This document shows, piece after piece, positions 45,428 through 53,123 of a stretch of 64,000 nucleotides of DNA. This DNA is from Candidatus Iainarchaeum sp. (GTDB lineage Archaea > Iainarchaeota > Iainarchaeia > Iainarchaeales > UBA10219): assembly GCA_018304425.1 (NCBI GenBank), contig JAGVWE010000005.1, forward strand, positions 32,001-96,000. Reading direction: 5' to 3'. The notes under the pieces were generated by a model. It had not been told where the DNA came from and made no database searches. It saw only the letters and a list, made by a program, of their open reading frames with translations. A program made the translations under genes and the position numbers. The first letter of the stretch is position 1. Every line of letters begins with the position of its first letter.

Positions 45428-45499
45428 ATGCTTAAACCCGGCGACCAAGCCCCCGACTTCGAGGCCCTGGACACGAAGGACGAGAAGATAGAAGAATGA
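45428..45499 (+). pseudogene. N-terminal remnant of a peroxiredoxin (BCP/AhpC-like)
   Basis: Translates MLKPGDQAPDFEALDTKDEKIEE*, the typical Prx/BCP start; ends 1 nt from the tRNA-Leu 3' end. Confidence 0.7.
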
Positions 45500-45500
45500 A

Positions 45501-45642
45501 TGCACGGGGGCGGATTCGAACCGCCGGAGGCACTAAGCCACGGGATCTCTCAAACCTTTTCCCTGGTTTTTCCCAAGGCTTTTTTGCCGCAGCAAAAAAG
45601 GCTTCTTGAGTCCCGCCCATTTAGCCACTTTGGTACCCGTGC
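45501..45642 (-). tRNA. tRNA-Leu(CAA) with 58-nt intron at 37/38 (45547-45604)
   Basis: Acceptor GCACGGG/CCCGTGC; CGGGA-CTCAAG|A-TCCCG; long variable arm; GGTTCGAATCC. Confidence 0.92.
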
Positions 45643-45775
45643 AGGCATAAATCTAACCGGAATAGCAATTTAAACCTACTTCTAGGCCACCCAAGAACGT
45701 CTTACGTTTTCTTTATCGATAGATAAAGCGTAAGTTATTTATAGGGGTTTGGGTATTATTCTGTAAGGTGATTTA

Positions 45776-45988
45776 ATGGGGTCTATGACCGTTTCATCGA
45801 AATTTCAAATCGTGATACCGAAAGAGGATCGGCGGGATCTTGAGATAAAGGTGGGGGACAAACTAGTCACCCTGAAAAAAGGAAATATCCTGTATGTGAT
45901 TAAAGTAGGCGCCCTAAAAGACGCGCGGGGTTCTCTTAAGGGTTTAGACATCAAGGATTTGAGGGAAAAACATGAACGCTTTGATTGA
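45776..45988 (+). CDS. AbrB/MazE-type antitoxin
   Basis: 'VSSKFQIVIPKE.R..L.IK.GD'; AGGTGAT SD. Confidence 0.88.
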   Translation: MGSMTVSSKFQIVIPKEDRRDLEIKVGDKLVTLKKGNILYVIKVGALKDARGSLKGLDIKDLREKHERFD

Positions 45989-46352
45989 CTCGTCCGCATG
46001 GGTATCCTTCTTCGCCAAAGGACCGTTAGCCGATAAGGTCGCCAAATACGTGGAGAACGCCAATCCAAAAAATCACTTTACGCCGACCGTGGTGCTTTAC
46101 GAAGTGTACAAAAAGATAAAGAAAACGTTCGACGACCAGACTGCGGCCGATAACGTAGCCAAGATTGTGGCGTGGACGACCATCGTCGACCTCACCCAAG
46201 AACTCTCGCTGCTGGCTGCCGACAAAAGCCTGGAAACAGGGCTCGGCATGGCTGACGCCATTGTCTTGGTCACGGCCGAAAAAAAGCGCGCCACCCTCAT
46301 CACGGCCGACAACGACTTTCGGGGACAGTCGAACGTCGTGCTCATCGAATGA
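45972..46352 (+). CDS. vapC: VapC PIN-domain toxin
   Basis: 'IDSSAW', 'VLYEV', 'MADAI', 'TADNDF'. Confidence 0.9.
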   Translation: MNALIDSSAWVSFFAKGPLADKVAKYVENANPKNHFTPTVVLYEVYKKIKKTFDDQTAADNVAKIVAWTTIVDLTQELSLLAADKSLETGLGMADAIVLVTAEKKRATLITADNDFRGQSNVVLIE

Positions 46353-46697
46353 CTACTTACCGCTGCCGAACGCCAACACATCCCCATGGCGGACGAAGCT
46401 TCCGATGGCACGGTCCAAGAGCACGGAGACCCTTTCGCCGGCCTTTGCGGCCTTGATGGAGCGCAGGCCCAGGTTGATCTCCAGGACCTTGCCTTTCCGC
46501 CCTTGTAAGGTGAGGGACATGCCCTTGCGCAGCGTTCCTTCCACGACTTCCCCTGACAGCACCACGCCTTGGCCGGTCATATAGGAGCCGGAGACCTCGA
46601 AGGCCGCACTTTTGCCTGTAGGGGCAGCCGCAGGGGCCGCTTCCGGTTCCAGCTGCTTCCAGGTCTTGGTCTCGCCTTGGCGGAATTCGATGCCCAT
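46353..46697 (-). CDS. Stand-alone EF-Tu domain II-like beta-barrel protein
   Basis: 'F.V...Y..GQGVVLSGEVVEGTLRKG', 'I..AKAGERVSVLL', 'GDVL.F'. Confidence 0.75.
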   Translation of the reverse strand: MGIEFRQGETKTWKQLEPEAAPAAAPTGKSAAFEVSGSYMTGQGVVLSGEVVEGTLRKGMSLTLQGRKGKVLEINLGLRSIKAAKAGERVSVLLDRAIGSFVRHGDVLAFGSGK

Positions 46698-46828
46698 ACA
46701 CCCTATCTGGGAGCCGCAAGGTAAAAAAAGGTATTTTTCGGGGAGGCAAGGCTTTTATTTACCTAAAGGCCTATTTCTGTGCCCTGCCCGGACCTGACAA
46801 GAGTCGGTGGGGAATCAGTCTCAATGCC

Positions 46829-47392
46829 ATGGAAAACGCCACCCTGGTAACCAAATATGGCCGCGATGGATTGATCTACAACGTCGTCGCCGGACTGCAA
46901 GCTCGCGACCGTTCGAAACCCTTCGTCACGAACCCGGCCATACGGCAAGCGATCGGGCGCATGGGCTTAGAAATGCCGTACTCCATCGGCCGCATCGCAG
47001 TGAACATCGACAGGAGCAAGGCGAGGACCCTCCTGCACACCGTGAGCTTTTTCCCGTTCGACGAGGAAGCGGCATACCGGCACCTCCGGGGAAAAGGGGT
47101 GGGCAGCCTCATCGAACTGGCCATGGAGGGTGACCTGATGAAGCGGTTCCCCGGGGCATTGATCCGTGCGACCTCCTTCAGGAGCCTGTCACGCACTTGG
47201 CAACTGGTGGCACGCGACCGCAGGCCGGGAAAGGCCATCCCGATCGAAGAGGCCTATGCGCTCACGAAGAAGCATGTCCTGGAAGAGCGCCGGAGAATCA
47301 GGTCTGAACGCAAGATGACCCCCTGGAAGCGCCGCCTCGCACGCGGCAAACGCTTCGTCAAGAAGGTGGGTAGGCTCCTCCGCTATGGTTGA
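46829..47392 (+). CDS. Hypothetical protein with GNAT-like acetyl-CoA motif
   Basis: 'HLRGKGVGS' after beta-like segments; basic C-terminus. Confidence 0.5.
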   Translation: MENATLVTKYGRDGLIYNVVAGLQARDRSKPFVTNPAIRQAIGRMGLEMPYSIGRIAVNIDRSKARTLLHTVSFFPFDEEAAYRHLRGKGVGSLIELAMEGDLMKRFPGALIRATSFRSLSRTWQLVARDRRPGKAIPIEEAYALTKKHVLEERRRIRSERKMTPWKRRLARGKRFVKKVGRLLRYG

Positions 47393-47420
47393 GCCTGGGG
47401 ATGGCAACGCGTCGGAGCGT

Positions 47421-47801
47421 TCACCCGAACGAGATGACGCTTCCGGTGAGGAGGCTCTCGAAGTCGTTGGTGCGGAGGAGGATGCTGCCTTCCTCGCCCC
47501 TGCGGAGCAGGTTCACGCCCAAATAGCGTGACTTGACGTCCTTGACTTCGAGGAACGAGGTGCCGTAGTCGAGTTTCAGTCCGCGGCGGAGTTCGCCTGA
47601 CAAGAGCCGGCCGGAAACGTAGGCCTGGTCTTTGAGGACTTCCGCTCGGTGAACCCGAAATACTGGGACCTTATCTTGTTCCACGAGCTTGGCAACCCGC
47701 CGGAGCCGAACATGCTCTGGGACGCAGACATCCTCCGGGTGTGGAGAACGAAGTTCATTTTGTAATGCCTTCTTGGGAGTTAAGAATGGAATCATGTCCA
47801 T
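47421..47801 (-). CDS. Second, divergent EF-Tu domain II-like protein
   Basis: 'FRV......VSGRLLSGELRRG', 'L.RGEEGSILL', 'GSVISFG' parallels 46353..46697. Confidence 0.55.
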   Translation of the reverse strand: MDMIPFLTPKKALQNELRSPHPEDVCVPEHVRLRRVAKLVEQDKVPVFRVHRAEVLKDQAYVSGRLLSGELRRGLKLDYGTSFLEVKDVKSRYLGVNLLRRGEEGSILLRTNDFESLLTGSVISFG

Positions 47802-47912
47802 CACGTTGAATAAGCGCAAGGCTGCATTTATCTGTTGCGGGTTCGGAAAGCGAAAGCCGCCGGACCGTAATCGAGGAAAATCTTAAATTCCAGGGCGGCT
47901 TCTATCTATGAT

Positions 47913-48329
47913 ATGCCGAAGCCAGGGCCCCATAAACCGATGCCTGACCCGTTCAGGAGGCATAAGCGTGGCCCGCTCACCGGGCTCTGGGCCAGAAATC
48001 CGACCGTGTTCTCCGAAGCGACCCAGCGGGCAATAGCGGAGGCTGGGCGCGACCTTGACGAGATGGGCCGCAAGGCCGACGTCGAGAGATGGGGGGTGCA
48101 TGCCCGCCAAAGGCAGTACGCCAATTTCCGGCACCAGGAGACTTTCGCGAGAAGCCCCTCCAAGCGGCTGCTGCCGCGGAAGGTCAACCATAACACCCTG
48201 AAAGTCATCCTGAAATATCTGGAAAGCGGCAACAAGATCGCCGTTTCCCTGAAAGGCCTCACCTGGATTTACAACAACGAAAACCCGCACCTGCGGGAAG
48301 CCGTTGCCAGCACGCACCCAATTACTTAA
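47913..48329 (+). CDS. Hypothetical basic protein with Pro-rich N-terminus
   Basis: 138 aa; TTAAAT about 25 nt upstream. Confidence 0.5.
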   Translation: MPKPGPHKPMPDPFRRHKRGPLTGLWARNPTVFSEATQRAIAEAGRDLDEMGRKADVERWGVHARQRQYANFRHQETFARSPSKRLLPRKVNHNTLKVILKYLESGNKIAVSLKGLTWIYNNENPHLREAVASTHPIT

Positions 48330-48427
48330 ACATAACCAGAAGGACAACCTTTAAATAAAAGTTCCATGCAAGTGATTAGTATTGCAGCCCCGGGATTGCT
48401 TCGGCAAGCCCGGGCTTACTCTTATTC

Positions 48428-48767
48428 ATGCCCGCTAAAAAGGCCTACCTCTTCATCGATGGTTCCAACTTCTACCATGCCATCAAGAACAACGGGTTTG
48501 CGGAATCGTTCGCCTATGAATCGTTTTACCGCGAACTCGGCAAATGTGTCCGATATGCTGCGCAGCGCCTATCTCGACATGTATGACGTGGCTTTGCTTG
48601 CCAGCGGCGATGCGGATTTCGTGCCCGCGGCAGAATTGGTTCAGACCCTGAAGAAGGAAGTGGTTAACGTCCATTTCTATGCGGGCAGTTCATCTGAACT
48701 GCGGACCACCTGCAACGCCCACAAACTGGTTCAGGTGGATGCCACAGGAAATTGTTACTTCAGGTAA
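48428..48767 (+). pseudogene. NYN-domain (PIN-like) nuclease with internal deletion and frameshift
   Basis: Frame A 48428-48586 'AYLFIDGSNFYH'; frame B 'DML..A....YDVALLASGDADFVPA'; central KGVD region absent. Confidence 0.8.
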
Positions 48768-48777
48768 AGAAAAAAAG

Positions 48778-48861
48778 CGCGGGGGGCGCGATTTGAACGC
48801 GCGCTTCCTTTCGGAAAACAGCTTAGCAGGCTGCCGCATTAGACCACTCTGCCACCCCCGC
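48778..48861 (-). tRNA. tRNA-Ser(GCT)
   Basis: Acceptor GCGGGGG/CCCCCGC; CAGC-CTGCTAA-GCTG; long variable arm; GTTCAAATC; G discriminator. Confidence 0.95.
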
Positions 48862-49051
48862 AGCCTTTTTACAAAAGGTTGGCGAAAAGGCGCCATACTT
48901 CGTATGGCACAGCTCGCCGATAAGATTAAGCGCAAATGGATTGCAGCCTGCTGGCTAAATTGACCCCTGACACTATTATAAAGGTAATTATTGGGCGTCA
49001 ACGGCCTTGAGAAGGGGAAAGCTATTTATTCCAGGCAACAGGTATTAATTC

Positions 49052-49648
49052 ATGGAACGGCCGCAAAAACCAGCGCTCCGGTACCGGGTGCGCGAATGGA
49101 TTCGGCGAAAGAAGAAACTCCTGCCCTGGTTCCGGCCACCGAAGCCCATCGAGAAAAAACCGTTGCCGCCGAACGGGTTGCGGATACTTTTCTACTGTAA
49201 TGCAGGCGTAACCTCGGCCGAAGTCGCTGGCAATTTATACCTGTACTGGCAAAGGCATCCCCCCGGGTTTCCCGTTACCGTGGATGCGGCCGGTCACATA
49301 ACGGGGAACCCCAGGGCAGGCGATTTCATGTACCATGTGCGGCGAGCGGATATCGTGGTGCCCATCATTGGCCACGACGAATTTGGCATCAAAATGGGCG
49401 TTCAGGAACGAGGGTGGAGGCGGAACCGACGCAGAAAAGACGCAAGAGAAATCCGGCGCAAGCGGCTGGAATGGTACTCCGGCTCGGCTCCCAAGCTGAG
49501 TTTGAACCTGGGGCAGCACCAGCCGGCGGAATTGGCCCAGCGAATTGAGGCCTGGGTGGGCGCGCGCTATATATTATCGGGCGAGACCTTTCCCCCAACC
49601 GCGGTAGACCTTGACCGGCTCCGGCAAGTGTGGGAGCGAAGTGAGTAG
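49052..49648 (+). CDS. Hypothetical basic protein with PTS-IIB/LMW-PTP-like Cys loop
   Basis: 'RILFYCNAGVTS' after a long Arg/Lys/Pro N-terminus. Confidence 0.5.
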   Translation: MERPQKPALRYRVREWIRRKKKLLPWFRPPKPIEKKPLPPNGLRILFYCNAGVTSAEVAGNLYLYWQRHPPGFPVTVDAAGHITGNPRAGDFMYHVRRADIVVPIIGHDEFGIKMGVQERGWRRNRRRKDAREIRRKRLEWYSGSAPKLSLNLGQHQPAELAQRIEAWVGARYILSGETFPPTAVDLDRLRQVWERSE

Positions 49649-49693
49649 CTCACCGGATGCCCTATTAAGACTAATTATTGAGTCATATATAAC

Positions 49694-50002
49694 ATGGCCA
49701 AACGAAAGCCGCGGAAGCAGGCGAGGAGGCGGGCGAGGAAACCGCGGAAGCGGGCCGTGCGGAAAAAGGCGTCAAAAGCCGTGAAACTCGGGCAGAGGTA
49801 TGTTTGGGCGTTGGGGCTAATGGTGTCCCTTCCTTTACTGTTGATGGCGGTTTTCGTTCATGTTTTGGGGTGGAAGCTGCATTATTGGGGGGTGGAGGCT
49901 TGGCCGCCCTTTGTTTTTGGCGCGCTGGTTGCAGGGTTTTTGGCTACGGAGGCCATCATTGATTTATTGACCGCGAAAAGCCCTGAGAAAGCTTTAAAAT
50001 GA
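49694..50002 (+). CDS. Small two-TM protein with very basic N-terminus
   Basis: 'MAKRKPRKQARRRARKPRKR' then two hydrophobic helices. Confidence 0.55.
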   Translation: MAKRKPRKQARRRARKPRKRAVRKKASKAVKLGQRYVWALGLMVSLPLLLMAVFVHVLGWKLHYWGVEAWPPFVFGALVAGFLATEAIIDLLTAKSPEKALK

Positions 50003-50106
50003 TTTCAGTGTTTGAATGCATTGAATCCTCTAATTCAGCGAAAAAGACAGGGGTATCCTTTTAGAGGGGCATTTTGGGATAAAAATGGGTTTTTGTTGGT
50101 GAGTCG

Positions 50107-50421
50107 ATGGAATCAGAACTAGCCTCGAACATCGCCGGGCTGAGAAAAGCCGAGGACGAAAAAACCAGGCTCCTGGAAGCCGCCAGCCAACAAAAAGAGC
50201 AAATCCTGAAAAAGGCCGCCGAGGAAGCCAAGCGCATCCAGGAAAAAGCGGGCGAGGAAGCCAACCAACTCAAGAACCAGTTGCTTTCAAAGGCCCGACG
50301 GGAAATCGAGGCCGAGGCCGAGCGGATAACCAAGCAAGCCCAGAAAGAGGCGGAAAGGCTTTCAGCCAAAACCCTTGCCCCGGAAGCCGTGCAACGGATG
50401 GCCAAGCAAGTCCTAGGATGA
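50107..50421 (+). CDS. atpH: A-type ATP synthase subunit H (G-like)
   Basis: Charged coiled coil heading the operon. Confidence 0.75.
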   Translation: MESELASNIAGLRKAEDEKTRLLEAASQQKEQILKKAAEEAKRIQEKAGEEANQLKNQLLSKARREIEAEAERITKQAQKEAERLSAKTLAPEAVQRMAKQVLG

Positions 50422-50425
50422 TGCC

Positions 50426-52291
50426 ATGTTCAAGCCCGTGAAAATGCTTAAAATCCAGGTGCTGGGCCTCAAAAGAGACCGCCCCCAAATCGTGGAAGCC
50501 CTGCACGAACTGGGCTTGGTCCACGTCGAAGAATGCAGGGACCAGGGCCTCGAAACCGGGCAAACCACAGAGGAAGCCAACGCCGTCAACGAAGAACTGG
50601 TCAGGCTTTATGCCGTGAAAAAACTCCTCTCACCTCAACCCACTACCCGATTACAGGCCAAGCCCCTGCCCCAGGTTCTGCGCGAAGCCAAAGGCCTGGG
50701 CATCGACGTCCGACTCGGCGAACTCAAGACCGAACTCGAACGCTTGGACGCCGAGAGAACTTCCATCGCGGACGCAAGGGGCCAGCTCAAGTACTTCGCC
50801 CATTTCCATGTGGACTTGGCCAGCCTCCAGGCGAACTCGGCAACAGTCTTGGCAGGGCTCGTGGCCACGCAAAAAATGCATCCCCTGCGGAACGCCCTTT
50901 CCGTCGTCAGCTCCAAGCACTTGCTTGCCGCCAAACCCCTTGACAAAACCCGCACCGTGTTCCTGCTGGCCATCGAAAAAGGAAGGGAGGCCCAGGCCCG
51001 GGACGCCCTGGAAAAGGCGGGAACCATCCGGCTGCGGCTTCCCACCGAGCGGGGAACCCCTTCCGAGCTCTTGGCCAACCTCGAAAAACGAGTCGAGGCC
51101 CTCAAAAAACGCCGGGAACTAGTGGAACAGGAAATCGGCCTGCATTCAAGGAAGCACTGGAATCACATCGAGTTCCTCATCGAATCCCTTGAAATCGAGA
51201 AGCAACGGCTGGACATCCTGCAGAAGTTCGGCCGGACCCGGGACGCCTTTGTATTGGAGGGCTTTGTGCCCCTGCCCCAGGCAGCCAAGCTCAAGGAAGC
51301 CCTGGCCCAGCGATTCGGCCAGAACCTGGTGGTGCTGGAGCACGAAGCCGAGGAAAGCCCCACGCTCTTGGACAACCCCCAACCGTTTGCGCCCTTCCAG
51401 TTCCTCATGGAATTCGTGTCCATTCCCAAAAGCCACGAAATCGATCCCACCATCGTGTTCACGTTCGCGCTCGCCGTCTTTTATGGCGCCATGCTGGGAG
51501 ACGCGGGATACGGCCTGCTCTCCTTGGCCTTGGCGCACCTGATTGTCAAGAAAACCGAGGCCGGGGGCCTGCTCAACAACGTGGGCAAGATATGGTTCGT
51601 CTTCAGCATCCCCTCCATCGCGTTCGGTGCAATCTACGACGAGTTCTTCGGCTTTTCCCACCACAAACTCCTGGGGGTTGAACTCTACCATGGCTTGGAG
51701 CGCATGGAGTCCGTGCCCACCCTCATCCTGTTGACGGTGTTGATGGGTTTGGCCACCATGGTGCTGGGCTACTTCCTGGGCTTCCTCACCGAGTGCATGG
51801 AAAAGAACTACAAGCACGCCGTGGGCAAGCTGGGCTGGATTGGAACCATTGTGGCCGGTGCCCTGCTGGTTGCCACTCTGTTGTTCAACGTGTTTGGCCC
51901 GGGCATGCTGCTGGCGGCAGGCGGGGTTCTGGGGGTTTCCGTGCTCGCCATCGTGTACGCGGAGGGCCCCATGGGCTTGATTGAGATTCCCGGAGTCGCG
52001 GGCAACATCCTCTCCTACTCGAGAATCGCGGCGGTTGGCTTGAGCTCGGTCATCGTGGCCATGATATTGAATGACCTGGTGCTGCCCAAGCCCGAGCAGG
52101 GCCTCTGGCTTATAATAACTTTGCCCTTGTTCCTTTTCGGGCACCTCTTCAATGCCGTGCTCGGCATGTTTGAGAGCCTGGTACAGGGGTCAAGGCTTAA
52201 TTTCGTTGAATTCTTCTCCAAGTTTCATCACGGTGGGGGGGAAAAGTTCGCGCCATTCAGGTGCGAGAGAAAACACACACTCGGAGGTTGA
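50426..52291 (+). CDS. atpI: A-type ATP synthase subunit I (a)
   Basis: 'EIDPT', 'GD.GYG', 'SYSRIAA', 'RLNFVEFFSKF'. Confidence 0.95.
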   Translation: MFKPVKMLKIQVLGLKRDRPQIVEALHELGLVHVEECRDQGLETGQTTEEANAVNEELVRLYAVKKLLSPQPTTRLQAKPLPQVLREAKGLGIDVRLGELKTELERLDAERTSIADARGQLKYFAHFHVDLASLQANSATVLAGLVATQKMHPLRNALSVVSSKHLLAAKPLDKTRTVFLLAIEKGREAQARDALEKAGTIRLRLPTERGTPSELLANLEKRVEALKKRRELVEQEIGLHSRKHWNHIEFLIESLEIEKQRLDILQKFGRTRDAFVLEGFVPLPQAAKLKEALAQRFGQNLVVLEHEAEESPTLLDNPQPFAPFQFLMEFVSIPKSHEIDPTIVFTFALAVFYGAMLGDAGYGLLSLALAHLIVKKTEAGGLLNNVGKIWFVFSIPSIAFGAIYDEFFGFSHHKLLGVELYHGLERMESVPTLILLTVLMGLATMVLGYFLGFLTECMEKNYKHAVGKLGWIGTIVAGALLVATLLFNVFGPGMLLAAGGVLGVSVLAIVYAEGPMGLIEIPGVAGNILSYSRIAAVGLSSVIVAMILNDLVLPKPEQGLWLIITLPLFLFGHLFNAVLGMFESLVQGSRLNFVEFFSKFHHGGGEKFAPFRCERKHTLGG

Positions 52292-52297
52292 TAGAAA

Positions 52298-52531
52298 ATG
52301 CCATTATTCGAAACAACAGCAGGAATCGCGATGGCAGCCGGCCTTTCCATCATCGGCGGGGCTTTGGGAACTGCCTGGGTGCAGAGCGCTATCGGCTCAT
52401 CGGCGATGGGCGTCATAGCGGAGAAACCCGAGGAAGCCAGCAAATTGCTTATCTGGCTGGTCATCCCCGAAACCATTGTCATCTTCGGTTTCGTCATCGC
52501 CATCATGCTGACCCTGAAGATTGCGGGGTAA
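52298..52531 (+). CDS. atpK: A-type ATP synthase subunit K (c, single hairpin)
   Basis: Two TM, 'AEKPE', ion-binding 'PET'. Confidence 0.93.
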   Translation: MPLFETTAGIAMAAGLSIIGGALGTAWVQSAIGSSAMGVIAEKPEEASKLLIWLVIPETIVIFGFVIAIMLTLKIAG

Positions 52532-52541
52532 AGGGATTCAC

Positions 52542-53123
52542 GTGGGCTTGGATACGCTGCAGAAGGAAATACTGCTGGACGCCAAAAAGGAGGCCGACGC
52601 CCTACTGGCGGGAGCCGACCAGGAGAGGCGTCGCATCCTAGCGGCAGCCAACACGGAACGCGAGAAAGTGTTGACTATCGCCAGGGAAAGCATAGCCAAA
52701 GTCGTTGAAGCCGAGAAAAACGAGCGACTGACCTCGGCCAGGCTGGCCGCCAACCGGCTGGTAAACGATGCCAAGTCCCGGCAGGTGGACCAGGCGATTG
52801 ACCGGGTGTGGGAGGCGTTCAAGGAAGCCGGGAACGGCGCCTCCTACTACAAGCGCCTCGGCCAGTTAGTCGAGGCCGGCTTGCAGGAGTTCGGCGGCAA
52901 AGCCGTTGTCCACCTCAATTCCCAGGACCTGAAGTCCGAGGTCGGCAAGAAACACAAGAACTTGCTGGCCAAGGAGCCGCTGAAGGCAGTGGGCGGCGCC
53001 ATCATAACTTCCGCAGACGGCAAGATACGCATGGACTGCACGTTGGAACAGCTTTTCGCGGAAAACCGGGAAGGCATCCGGAAAACGGCTTACGCTGAAT
53101 TGTTTGGCAGGGGTGTCCAGTAA
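52542..53123 (+). CDS. atpE: A-type ATP synthase subunit E
   Basis: Coiled coil plus 'GG.I..S.DG..R.D.T'. Confidence 0.88.
   Translation: MGLDTLQKEILLDAKKEADALLAGADQERRRILAAANTEREKVLTIARESIAKVVEAEKNERLTSARLAANRLVNDAKSRQVDQAIDRVWEAFKEAGNGASYYKRLGQLVEAGLQEFGGKAVVHLNSQDLKSEVGKKHKNLLAKEPLKAVGGAIITSADGKIRMDCTLEQLFAENREGIRKTAYAELFGRGVQ

Noticed and set aside
45501-48861. tRNA-bounded segment as provirus or integrative element
   Set aside because: No integrase and no duplicated tRNA 3' end (att) seen
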